Shown here in pieces: positions 30,075 to 39,870 of a stretch of DNA of 64,000 nt (position 1 is the stretch's first letter; the number at the start of each line of letters is the position of its first letter). The stretch lies in contig CBDCRP010000002.1 of assembly GCA_965221165.1 (NCBI GenBank), positions 1,088,001-1,152,000 on the forward strand, given 5' to 3'. The notes beneath the pieces were generated by a model, which worked only from the letters and a program-made list of their open reading frames with translations, had not been told where the DNA came from and did no database searches. This DNA comes from a bacterium (lineage in GTDB: Bacteria > UBA8248). A program made the translations under genes and the position numbers.

Positions 30075-30235
30075 TCATCCTATTGATAAATATAGAGTTA
30101 TACGCGATTCCCCCTTTTCCAGGGGGGTGGGGGGGGCTATCCCGCGCGAAGGGGAAGGAATTTCGCTGCGAAAAATCAAACAGCGTTTTTTTCGGCTAAA
30201 AACTTAGTTTTTCCCCTTTTTTTCGCTAAAAGGCC

Positions 30236-31453
30236 CTAAAGCGCGCCCGCGAAAGCCTCTCCCGCCAGCAGACGGCCGAGTTTCAAGCGCGTGGTGTCGT
30301 TCAAGCCGTCGATGTGATAGCACATCATCGCGTCGCGCAGGTGCCGCTCGGCCGGATGGGTGTCCATGTAGCCGTTGCCGCCGAAGATGTTCATCGCCTT
30401 GATGCAGACCTGGGGCGCCATCTCGGAGGCGAACAGGGCGCAGCGCATGCCCTCCTTGTGGTCGTACTCGCCATCAGCCGCCGTATCCGCGTGCCAGGCC
30501 GCGCGCCAGATGGCGTCCCGCGCGACGGAGATGCTCACGTACATGTCGGCCAGAATCTCGCGAATCCGCGCGTGCTCGATGATGGGCTTTCCGCCCTGGA
30601 CGCGCTCCCTCGCGTAGGTCATGGCGTCCTCATAGGCGGCGCGCGCGATGCCGACGGCGAAAGTCGCCGTGGTGGGTGAGTGGCGCGAGAAGACGCGGGC
30701 CATATAGGGCAGGCCGCCGTCCACCTCGCTGAGACGCCATTTCTCGGGTACCTCTGCGTTCTCGTAGATGAGCTCTGCGTTCATCAAGAGGCGCGCGCCG
30801 AGCTTTCCGTGGATGGTTCCGCGCCTAAAGCCGGGGATCTCGTCCGTCATGATGAACGCGGTGACTCCCTCGTTGACGGGAACGTTCGGGTTGGTTCTCG
30901 CGAGCACGAAATTGATGTTGCTCATCGCCGCGCAGGCGATGAAGTGCTTCTTGCCGTTCAAAATCCAGTTATCGCCCTGTTTTACGGCGGAGAGCCGCGC
31001 GCCGCCGTCGATGTTCGTGGCGGGCATGATGTTGTCCGTACCCGCCTGGGGCTCCGTCAGGCCAATGGCCATGGTGGAGGTGTCCACGTCCATGTAGCGG
31101 GGCAGAAATTCCGCCAACTGCTCCTCGGTGGTGAAGTGGCAGAGCATCTTGGCGATCTTCCAGTTCTGGTGGATGACGGAGGCGAAGCCCGCCTCGCCCT
31201 GAAAAAGCTCCTCCAGCAAGACCACGTGCGCGAATATGCCCAACCCCTCCCCGCCCATTTCCTTGGGCGTCGTGAGCGTTCGGATGCCCGCCGCGGAGGC
31301 CTTCTTCAATGCTTCCACGGGAAAGGGGTGCGCCGGGTCGACGCCGTTTCGCCGATCCCACTCGGCGGCATAGGGCCTCAACTCGTTTTTGGAGAATTCA
31401 GCGATTTTTTCCTGCCAGCCTTTCAGTTCGTCGTCCAGAATATAATCAACCAT
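30236..31453 (-). CDS. Acyl-CoA dehydrogenase family protein
   Basis: PKEMGGEG, LTEPQAGTD, NGKKHFI, R.QGGKPI, FGGNGY. Confidence 0.9.
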   Translation of the reverse strand: MVDYILDDELKGWQEKIAEFSKNELRPYAAEWDRRNGVDPAHPFPVEALKKASAAGIRTLTTPKEMGGEGLGIFAHVVLLEELFQGEAGFASVIHQNWKIAKMLCHFTTEEQLAEFLPRYMDVDTSTMAIGLTEPQAGTDNIMPATNIDGGARLSAVKQGDNWILNGKKHFIACAAMSNINFVLARTNPNVPVNEGVTAFIMTDEIPGFRRGTIHGKLGARLLMNAELIYENAEVPEKWRLSEVDGGLPYMARVFSRHSPTTATFAVGIARAAYEDAMTYARERVQGGKPIIEHARIREILADMYVSISVARDAIWRAAWHADTAADGEYDHKEGMRCALFASEMAPQVCIKAMNIFGGNGYMDTHPAERHLRDAMMCYHIDGLNDTTRLKLGRLLAGEAFAGAL

Positions 31454-31502
31454 GTCGACTCCCTCGCATGAAGGTTTACGAACCCGATATTCTCCCGGTT
31501 TC

Positions 31503-32450
31503 CTATTCCAAGGCTTTATTTTTTCGATACAAACGAATCAATTCCGCATCCCGCGCCCGCGCCGCTTCCCGGGCCGATTCCTCCGTCCATTTATAAAACC
31601 CCTCGCCGCTCTTGAGACCAAGCAGATTCTTCTCCACCATCTCGTCCATCAAAGGCGAGGGTTCGGGGCGGTGATCGAGGGAGGGCTGGATATTCCGATG
31701 CACGTCGCGCAGCACGTCCATCCCGGAGAAATCGTTGAGCATGCAAAGCCCCAGCGCGGGAAAAAGCGGGGCGAGAGAGCACCATACGGCATCGACGTCC
31801 TCAGGGCGTGCATAGCCTTTTTCCACGATATTAAATGCCTCACGCCTGAGAGCCGTCGTGAGCCTCACCCCGATGTGCCCGGGCACTTCGCGGCATACGA
31901 TGGGCTCCTTGCCCGATTTGTTTAATAACTCGCACGTGATTCGCGTCGTATCCGAACCGGTTCGGCGACCGGGGGAAACCTCCACGACGGGGATCAGATG
32001 CGGCGGGGTGTAATTATGCGTGACGATGCAGCGCTCGGGATTCTTCGTTCGCGCGGAAATATCCGTCATCCCCAGGCCCGAGGTCTCGCTCGCCAATATC
32101 ACGTCGGGCGGGGATATTTCGTCCATCTTCTCGAAAATTTCCTGCTTGAGCGATAAAATTTCACTCACCGCCTCGACGACGAAGTCACCGCCTCGCACGG
32201 CTTCTTGGAAGTCCTGTGTCAGTGTGATGCGCTCCAAAATATCGCGCGCCTCCCCTGCACCCAACGCATCCGCGTCAATGAGTATATCGAGGCTTTTTTC
32301 TATTTCAGCGCGTGCGCGAGCCGCGCTCCCGGAGCTTCGGTTGAACATTTGAACGCGAAAATTCGCCTGGGCGAACTGCAGCGCCACGCCCCGGCCCACG
32401 TATCCACCCCCGATGACCGCGACGTTTCGAATATCGCTTGTCTCGCGCAT
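31503..32450 (-). CDS. 3-hydroxyacyl-CoA dehydrogenase family protein
   Basis: VIGGGYVG, VVEAVSE, ETSG, PPHLIPVVEV, LGLKSGEGFY. Confidence 0.9.
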   Translation of the reverse strand: MRETSDIRNVAVIGGGYVGRGVALQFAQANFRVQMFNRSSGSAARARAEIEKSLDILIDADALGAGEARDILERITLTQDFQEAVRGGDFVVEAVSEILSLKQEIFEKMDEISPPDVILASETSGLGMTDISARTKNPERCIVTHNYTPPHLIPVVEVSPGRRTGSDTTRITCELLNKSGKEPIVCREVPGHIGVRLTTALRREAFNIVEKGYARPEDVDAVWCSLAPLFPALGLCMLNDFSGMDVLRDVHRNIQPSLDHRPEPSPLMDEMVEKNLLGLKSGEGFYKWTEESAREAARARDAELIRLYRKNKALE

Positions 32451-32564
32451 AATGGCTCCTGGTATAGAATGGACTTGAGGTATGAAAAAAATATATCACA
32501 GGCGGGTTCCCGAGGCCACGAGGTCATCTGGAGGCCCAAACAGTTCAATCCCAAGGGAGTATTG

Positions 32565-33662
32565 ATGGGGAAACGAACGATAGTATGTTTTTTGCTCGGT
32601 ATCGCCTTGGCCGCCTGTGGCGGTGAGGGGGATTTCTCCTCCACGGGAAACATGAATACCCCCCGGCACGGACATACGGCCACAAAACTCGAGTCAGGCG
32701 AAATACTCATCGCCGGCGGACTCACCAAAACTTCTCCGCTCGATGATTTCGAGATATACGATCCGGCCCAGGGAATCTTCAAACCCTACAAGATTCAAGG
32801 CTTGTGGGCCCGTGGCTGGCACAAGGCGATCCGCCTGAAAAGCGGGGTGCTGGTTTCCGGGGGCTGGACGAATGGCAGCGAGGCGCTCAGAGACTCATAT
32901 CTCATACAACCTAATGGGGGGCTCCGCTCACGCGCTATGATGAAGTATGGCCGCTATGACCACACGATGACGAAGTTGCCCACGGGAGACATACTCCTCG
33001 CCGGCGGAAACGACGGGAAACGCGCCATTCGACATCTGGAAATATATGCGGCCGACAAGAAGCGCTTCATGCCTGCGCGAAGGCCCATGCTCATTACGCG
33101 CCAGCAACACAGCGCCACCCAGTTGCCCGGAGGCGCCGTCCTCATCCTCGGCGGTGCGGAAGGAAAAGGGGCGCGATACGCGGAGCTTTACCTGTCTTCC
33201 CAAGGGAGAACGCGCCTGGTCCGAAGCCTTACGGCGCAAAGGAGCCGCCACAGCGCCACGCGACTGAAGGACGGGAGAGTGCTCATCACAGGCGGCCTGG
33301 GTAAAGACAAAACGCTCGGTAGCGCGGAAATCTTCGATCCGGCGACAGAAAAATTCACGCCGCTAAAAAACAAACTGCGCGTCAAGCGCCAGCAGCATAC
33401 CGCCACATTGCTCCCTGACGGCAGAGTCGTGTTGATCGGCGGATGGGGCGGCGAGGGGCGTACCCTTGCCAGCGCGGAAGTGTTCGAACCCGACAAAGGA
33501 TGTTTCTGGATGGTGGGTGAGATGAAGTTCCCCAGGCGCCTCCATACGGCCACTTCGCTGGGAGGACAGCAAGTTCTCATCGCGGGGGGCGCATCCGATA
33601 ACGAAGTGCTCAAATCAGCGGAAATTCTCACAATCACCCGCGAAAGAAAAAGCGGATGCTGA
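32565..33662 (+). CDS. Kelch-repeat (beta-propeller) lipoprotein
   Basis: Lipobox LAAC; about seven R..HTAT.L.DG.VLI.GG...AEIFDP repeats. Confidence 0.85.
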   Translation: MGKRTIVCFLLGIALAACGGEGDFSSTGNMNTPRHGHTATKLESGEILIAGGLTKTSPLDDFEIYDPAQGIFKPYKIQGLWARGWHKAIRLKSGVLVSGGWTNGSEALRDSYLIQPNGGLRSRAMMKYGRYDHTMTKLPTGDILLAGGNDGKRAIRHLEIYAADKKRFMPARRPMLITRQQHSATQLPGGAVLILGGAEGKGARYAELYLSSQGRTRLVRSLTAQRSRHSATRLKDGRVLITGGLGKDKTLGSAEIFDPATEKFTPLKNKLRVKRQQHTATLLPDGRVVLIGGWGGEGRTLASAEVFEPDKGCFWMVGEMKFPRRLHTATSLGGQQVLIAGGASDNEVLKSAEILTITRERKSGC

Positions 33663-34044
33663 TATTTCAAGACCTCACCACAAACATAGGCAACAATAAT
33701 ACCTGACCAGACGAGGATACTCCCATGCCGTTGAAACATGTTATATAAAAACAGACAAAAGTGCGAACGTCTTCGATATAATACCTATAAGATATATATT
33801 TCAATACTTTAAAAAGATTCTTGTCCTATGTTTCACCGAAATTCGTACGTTTGCGCGCCCTGTTGCCTGGGCATCAACGATGCGCCGGGTGTGAGGAGCC
33901 GGCGCCATGATGGTGGGAACGGCCGCAGGATTCGCCTCTTCCCGCAGATCGCCGTTTTCAGACGGTGGGGGATTTCCATCAGCTATGAAATCCCGTTATC
34001 CCGTTGATACTTTTGGGGAACATGCATTGTTCCCAATCTCGTTC

Positions 34045-34441
34045 GGAATCCGTCTTCTGCAATATGTAATCAAACCGAAAGCGGATTCATTATAAATTCT
34101 GCGCATCCATGCGAGCGCCTGTCGTGTAAGTGTGTTCGTTCGAGCCGTGACGAAGTGGGCTTTACCGCCGACCGAATCCAGCTTAACGCCGACCTCTATA
34201 AGATGAAGATCGATATTGGAATACTGTCCATGTACCGCAAATGCCCGGAGAGCCTGCAGACTTCGATTGTGGCGAAAGCATTTAGACGGACCAATTACGT
34301 TGGGACAGTACCTCAAACTGCTGCTATCTAGGTGCTGTCATCTCGGTCCGGATGAGCGGTTACGACAAAAACTCGCTGGGATACGCGGAATTTATAATGA
34401 ATCCGCTTTCGTTTTGATTATAGATTGCGGAGGCAGATTCC
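34045..34441. repeat. Long imperfect inverted repeat pair (about 70-80 bp arms) around a spacer of about 240-255 bp
   Basis: 34045-34115 matches the reverse complement of 34372-34441, with a 24-bp identical core CGAAAGCGGATTCATTATAAATTC. Confidence 0.88.
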
Positions 34442-34714
34442 AGGCAGGATTGAAAAATTATATATTAGAAATAAAATCAATATGATAAACGGATTTTAAG
34501 ACCAATGAAAATCTCCCAATTTATCTAAGAAGATCTTCGCTCTTCCAGGTACCTCAAGGCGAAAGAAGCGGCTTCGCCCTGATGTTCCAAGCCGACATCG
34601 TCGGGGTCTCCACGTCCATCGATCGATGAAGTGCGTCCGCCTACAGGTCGGGTAAGGACGCAACCAATGAAACACAACGCACTGAAGTCATTCAATTCAT
34701 TACGGGCCGGACCC

Positions 34715-34816
34715 TTAGGCAATTCTTCGTTGAAGAATCGTGAGCCACGGCGTCGTTGGTCGCCTGCTGGACTTCGGCGTCGGTCGCATCCGAGCTGCCA
34801 CGGCGGATGTGCTCAA
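34715..34816 (-). pseudogene. Fragment of an ABC exporter ATP-binding domain
   Basis: EHIRRGSSDATDAEVQQA..DAVAHD / FNEELPKG (frameshifted) resembles ENIRYG.PDATDEEV..AA..A.AHDFI..LP.G. Confidence 0.5.
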
Positions 34817-34985
34817 GGGAACGGCCGTCGAGATGTTTGTGTCTGATCTCGAAGTCGTGTAGATTACCCTCACCTAGTATCCTTAGCGTGGGCTGTTCAT
34901 ACGATTTTGTGGGTCTTGCAGTTAATGCCGGGGGCCGACAATCCAAGCTAGCGGGAATGCCCAATCTACAGAGGAGATTGGAGCA

Positions 34986-36755
34986 ATGTCCTCACGCAGA
35001 GCCCTGATCGATGTTGCCCTTGGCAATGAACCGGCGGATCTCGCGATAACGAACGGCCGTCTCGTCAATGTACTGACCCGTGAAATCTACAGCGCCGGGG
35101 TCGCGATCAAGGCCGACCGGATCGCGGCGGTCGGCGACATCGATTATGCGATCGATGAGAACACGGAAGTGATCGACGCGGAGAATCGCTATGTGACACC
35201 CGGCCTGATCGACGGCCACCTCCATATGTATCACTCCTACCTGGGCGTTAACGAGTTCGTCGAGGGGATGCTGCGCCATGGCGTCACCGCCTACGCAGAC
35301 GGCTTCTATGGCCAGGGGATCGTCGGCGGTCGGGACGCGATCCGATTTTTCAAGGGTGCGCTCGAGGCCACCCCTCTCAGGCTTATATTCTTGGTCCCCA
35401 CTCTCGCGCACCTGCAGAACCGAGAACTCGGCCTCGAGCCCACACCAGGCATCAGCGTCGAAGAGATGAACGAGATGCTCGACTGGGAAGGCTGTGTGGG
35501 CCTGGAGGAGCCGCCGTTCTTGCCGATCTGCGAGAAGTGGGACGATTATTTGGACCTCTTCGACCGGTGCTTGGAGCAACGCAAAACGATTACGGGGCAT
35601 GGCGCCGGCGCCAATTGGCGCCAGATGCAAGCATATGCCGCGGTCGGAACCAGTACCGACCACGAGGCCATTGCGGCCGACGAGGCGGTCGACAAGGCCC
35701 GGGCCGGCTTTCGCCTGCTCATGCGCCTCGGGTCAGGCGCGATTGACGTGCCGGAGCTCGTCAAGGCGTATGTTGAGCACAAGATCGATCCGAGAACGCT
35801 TGCCATGTGCGCTGATCTTGCATCGCCTGAGAAACTGCTGCGCGAGGGCGGGGTCGACGCAAATATCCGCTTGGCCATTCGAAATGGCGTGTCACCCGAT
35901 CTCGCGGTTCAGATGGCGACCATCAATGTTGCCGAGGCCTTCTATTTGCAGAGGGAAATGGGGGCGGTTGCACCTGGCCGCTACGCTGACATCCTGTTCG
36001 TCGACGACCTGTCCACGTTTGATATCACCCGCGTATTCGTCGGCGGGGAGACCGTAGTCCTGGACGGCGAGTTTCTGGCGGATCTGACCCCCATCGAGTA
36101 TCCAAGCGACTTCCGTGGGACGGTCAAGATCGAGCGTGAGATCACCGCAGGCTATCTCGAACCACGGACCGATGCCAAGGGCCCAGTGACCGTTCGAGTG
36201 ATCGGCGTGACGGACGGCAGCCTCGTAACCGATGACGGAAGAGCGGTCCTCAACGTCGAAGACGGCGTGATACAACCGGATATCGTCAACGACGTCCTGC
36301 CGCTGACGATGGCCGATCGGTTCGGCAAGGGAGGGGGGCGCATCGGTAACGGCTTCGTCCGCGGCTTCGGACTAAAGCGCGGGGCGATTGCTTCGACTGT
36401 CAACGCCGTCTGCGAGAATCTGGTTGCGGTCGGCGCGAGCACATCCGATATGGCATTCGCCATGAACAAGCTCGCCGAGATCGGTGGCGGGAAGATCGTC
36501 GTTGCCGATGGTGAGATCCTCGCGCTGGTGGAGTTGCCCCTTCTCGGGCTTTTGTCCGAAGAACCGACGGGAACGGTTGCGGCGAAGTTCGATAAGGTTT
36601 TCGACGCCATACGCGAACTCGGGTGCGATCTTGCGAGCCCGTTCTCACAGCTTGAGTTCAGCTTCGCCTGCGGCGAAATCGGCGACCTACGACTTTCTGA
36701 CGAAGGATTGTTGCGGGTCGACCCACCGGAGATGGTGTCGTTGGTCGTAACATGA
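34986..36755 (+). CDS. Adenine deaminase-like amidohydrolase (divergent)
   Basis: PGLIDGHLH, ITGH, TDHE, MATIN.AE, GAVAPGRYAD plus an Ade-type C-terminal domain. Confidence 0.85.
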   Translation: MSSRRALIDVALGNEPADLAITNGRLVNVLTREIYSAGVAIKADRIAAVGDIDYAIDENTEVIDAENRYVTPGLIDGHLHMYHSYLGVNEFVEGMLRHGVTAYADGFYGQGIVGGRDAIRFFKGALEATPLRLIFLVPTLAHLQNRELGLEPTPGISVEEMNEMLDWEGCVGLEEPPFLPICEKWDDYLDLFDRCLEQRKTITGHGAGANWRQMQAYAAVGTSTDHEAIAADEAVDKARAGFRLLMRLGSGAIDVPELVKAYVEHKIDPRTLAMCADLASPEKLLREGGVDANIRLAIRNGVSPDLAVQMATINVAEAFYLQREMGAVAPGRYADILFVDDLSTFDITRVFVGGETVVLDGEFLADLTPIEYPSDFRGTVKIEREITAGYLEPRTDAKGPVTVRVIGVTDGSLVTDDGRAVLNVEDGVIQPDIVNDVLPLTMADRFGKGGGRIGNGFVRGFGLKRGAIASTVNAVCENLVAVGASTSDMAFAMNKLAEIGGGKIVVADGEILALVELPLLGLLSEEPTGTVAAKFDKVFDAIRELGCDLASPFSQLEFSFACGEIGDLRLSDEGLLRVDPPEMVSLVVT

Positions 36756-36783
36756 CGCAAACCGGAAATACGAGGGCGAGATC

Positions 36784-37545
36784 ATGAGTAATGGAAAGCT
36801 GGCGGGCCGAGTCGCAATCGTGACCGGTGGATCGCGGGGGCTTGGACAGGCGATTGCGTGGGAATTCGCGAATGAGGGTGCTGACGTGGCAGTGGTCGGC
36901 CGAGACGAAGGCGCCCTTGCTGAAACGGTTGAGGGCATCGAGCAGCGTGGCGGAAAGGCCGTCGCTATCGCGGCGGAACTCCGTGAAGTCGCCTCGATTC
37001 CAGGGGTCTTCGACAAAGCCGAGAAGGAACTCGGCGAGTCGACGATCCTTGTCAATAGTGCGGGCTTACAGGGGGATCGTCCTGCGCTCGATGTCACTGA
37101 GGACCAGTATGACGAGGTAGCCGATACCAACATGAAGGCGCTGTTCTTCTGCTGCCAGGAGGTCGGCAAGCGGTGGATCGATCGCAAGAGTGGAGGGCGC
37201 ATCATCAACCTCGGTTCTATTTTCGCCGTCGTCGGGATGCCCAATTTCTCGGTCTATTGTTCAACAAAAGGCGGCGTGCTGCTGCTTTCCAAAGCTCTCG
37301 CGATCGAGTGGGGGAAACACGGAATTAACGTCAACCTGATCGGCCCCTGCGCCACGATGACAGACATGGTAAGGCCGCTGTTCGACGACCCCGCATTCAA
37401 GGCAGCGTACATGCCGAGGGTGCCCGCTGGCGCCCTGCCTGATCCCTTGGATATCGGCAGAGCAGCCGTCTTCTTAGCCTCGGACGACGCACGGATGATT
37501 CATGGACACCATCTACTCGTCGACTCCGGCTATACGACCAACTAA
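36784..37545 (+). CDS. SDR family oxidoreductase
   Basis: TGGSRGLG, VNSAG, YCSTK. Confidence 0.9.
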   Translation: MSNGKLAGRVAIVTGGSRGLGQAIAWEFANEGADVAVVGRDEGALAETVEGIEQRGGKAVAIAAELREVASIPGVFDKAEKELGESTILVNSAGLQGDRPALDVTEDQYDEVADTNMKALFFCCQEVGKRWIDRKSGGRIINLGSIFAVVGMPNFSVYCSTKGGVLLLSKALAIEWGKHGINVNLIGPCATMTDMVRPLFDDPAFKAAYMPRVPAGALPDPLDIGRAAVFLASDDARMIHGHHLLVDSGYTTN

Positions 37546-37562
37546 TCGAGGTTCGGGGGGCT

Positions 37563-38666
37563 GTGACCCTGGTGACTGACCAGAGCGAAACACCAGGTGG
37601 TCCTGCAACAGGCGACCATTTCGGGAACGATCCCCAACCGGAAACGACTTGGGCCGTCGGCGCTTTGGAACGAACGCGTGGTCTTCTGCGTCACGAGGTG
37701 CAGTTGCTACTCGCCCTCGTCCTCCTCTACCTCGGGTTTTCGATCGTAGAACCCGACATCTTTATTTCCGTTAGGACCATTGAGAATCTCGCCAGACAGG
37801 CGGGGGTGCTGCTGGTCGCCAGCGTTGGGCAGATGCTGGTGCTTGTCGTGGGTGGTTTCGACATCTCGGTCGGCGCGACTGCGGGATTCGCCTCCACAGC
37901 GCTCGCGCTGCTCGTTGACGATTTCGGTTTGTACGGGGCCGTCACGGCGGCGTTGGCGCTTGGAGCCGTTGTTGGATCCGTCAACGGTCTTGTTATCGCG
38001 TATCTGGGGGTCAATCCCTTCGTGGCTACTTTGGCGATGCTGACGTTCCTGACCGGATTGTCAAACGAACTGAGCAGCGGTGCTTCGGTTCCGATTACCG
38101 ACCGGGGAATGAGTGCGTTCGGGGCGGACGAGTGGGGGCCGCTGCCGGGTACAATGGGCGTCGGACTGGTTGTCGTATTCATTGCGTACCTGCTTCTCAA
38201 CCACGTCAGGGCGGGTCTCTACATCTATGCGATCGGGGGGGCTCGTGAGACGGCGCGTCTGTCGGGAATTTCGGTCGCCCGTTACGAGGTTCTCGCCTAT
38301 GCGATGTGTGGCCTTTTTGCGGCCGTCGCCGGGGTCATGCTCGCATCCAGGGTCACGCTTGGACAGGCAAGCCTCGGGGCTGGTCTGGAACTTGAATCTA
38401 TCGCCGCGGCGGTGATTGGGGGCGCCGCGATCGGCGGCGGAGTCGGTCGGCTGCTTGGCGCTGCGATGGGGGTGGGGATCCTGACGGTACTCACCAGCGG
38501 TCTCGAGATCGTCGGTGTTTCGGAGTTCGCGCGTCAGATGGTTACCGGCGTCGTGCTGGTCGTAGCGGTCGCCTTCAACCAACGAGGACGGCTGGGTGAA
38601 TGGGCGATCTTCAAGCGAGCTATATTACTGCTTCGCGGCCGCGGCGCAAGGTCCAGCGGTCCTTGA
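37563..38666 (+). CDS. Sugar/nucleoside ABC transporter permease (RbsC type)
   Basis: GGFDISVG, PFVATL, YAIGG, LESIAAAVIGG. Confidence 0.9.
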   Translation: MTLVTDQSETPGGPATGDHFGNDPQPETTWAVGALERTRGLLRHEVQLLLALVLLYLGFSIVEPDIFISVRTIENLARQAGVLLVASVGQMLVLVVGGFDISVGATAGFASTALALLVDDFGLYGAVTAALALGAVVGSVNGLVIAYLGVNPFVATLAMLTFLTGLSNELSSGASVPITDRGMSAFGADEWGPLPGTMGVGLVVVFIAYLLLNHVRAGLYIYAIGGARETARLSGISVARYEVLAYAMCGLFAAVAGVMLASRVTLGQASLGAGLELESIAAAVIGGAAIGGGVGRLLGAAMGVGILTVLTSGLEIVGVSEFARQMVTGVVLVVAVAFNQRGRLGEWAIFKRAILLLRGRGARSSGP

Positions 38667-38702
38667 CGCAACATATCGTTTCCACTGCCAAAGGAGAACG
38701 CC

Positions 38703-39824
38703 ATGCGTATGAAATCTTTGATTGCCATGCTGAGTCTCGTCACGTTTATGCTTATGTTCTGGGGAGGGAACGAGGTTAGCGCCCAAGCCATCAAAATCAG
38801 TCCCAACGATAAAGCCTATGCGAAGTATCAGGCGCTTTCGACGGCGAAGAAGTTGCATTCGAATCTTCCCTGCACGGTTTCTCCTACCCCAGAGGAAGCC
38901 GCGGCGTACCGCGCGCCAAAGGCGAAGCGCAGATACACAATCGGCTTTATGGAGCCCACGTTGGCGGGACACTATTACCAGGCAGGTTCCAGCGGCGCGG
39001 TTAAGGCTGCTGCCGAAGCGGGCGTGAAGCTTGAGTTCGTTTCGGCGGGTACCGGATACGCGTCGCCCGAGCAGCAGTTCAAACAGGCCGAGCGGCTCCT
39101 GCTGAAAAGTGTAGACGCAGTCGCAGTCATCCCGACCGATATTCAGGGTGGCGTCGCAATCACCAATCTTTTCCTCCGCGAGAAAATTCCGGTTGTGATC
39201 GTGGCCACTGAGTCCAGCTCGCCGGATGCATACATGGTTATGCAGGACGACTACCAGATGGGTCGTGATTCGGCTGACCTCCTGGTGAAAGAGACCGGCC
39301 CAAATGCCGGTAAGGGCATCGTGATCGCCGGGCCGGCCAACGCCACCTGGTCGGCCAAACGGGCAGCCGGTTTCGCGGATCGGGTTAAAGAACGATACCC
39401 GGGTGTCAAGATCGCCGTCTCGGCGACGCAGAATGTCGATCCTGCCCAAGGGCTGAAATCATTCGAGAACGCGGTTCAGGCCCATCCTGATATCAAATGG
39501 GTGTATTCGGTCTTTAACCTGCTGCTTGATCCCGACTCGCTGCCGGCGCGGTACAAGAACGTGGCTTTCATCACGAACGGTCTGGACCCTGCCTCCATTC
39601 AGGATTTGAAAGAGGGTCAATACTCGACGATCATAGGCATTACACCGACTCCGATGGGGTATCAGGGGGTCGGTCACGCCGTGTCGATCCTGAATGGCGA
39701 TCAAAACGTGCCCGCCTTGGTGTGCATCCCGCTGACGCGGTACACCGCAAAAGACATGCCGCCCGACAAAACTGCGGTGACGTTGGAGCTTGTCCAGAAA
39801 GGGTTTGAGGTCTCGGCTAAATAA
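38703..39824 (+). CDS. Sugar ABC transporter substrate-binding protein
   Basis: Signal peptide, RbsB-like periplasmic fold motifs (VDAVAVIP, R.AGF). Confidence 0.85.
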   Translation: MRMKSLIAMLSLVTFMLMFWGGNEVSAQAIKISPNDKAYAKYQALSTAKKLHSNLPCTVSPTPEEAAAYRAPKAKRRYTIGFMEPTLAGHYYQAGSSGAVKAAAEAGVKLEFVSAGTGYASPEQQFKQAERLLLKSVDAVAVIPTDIQGGVAITNLFLREKIPVVIVATESSSPDAYMVMQDDYQMGRDSADLLVKETGPNAGKGIVIAGPANATWSAKRAAGFADRVKERYPGVKIAVSATQNVDPAQGLKSFENAVQAHPDIKWVYSVFNLLLDPDSLPARYKNVAFITNGLDPASIQDLKEGQYSTIIGITPTPMGYQGVGHAVSILNGDQNVPALVCIPLTRYTAKDMPPDKTAVTLELVQKGFEVSAK

Positions 39825-39870
39825 TGACCAACCAGCAGCGCTACTCTTGCAAGCTTGGTGGTCACAGAGG

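Noticed and set aside
34045-34441. Retron ncRNA or dif site interpretation of the inverted repeat
   Set aside because: No reverse transcriptase in the window, and the core does not match the XerD arm TTATGTTAAAT
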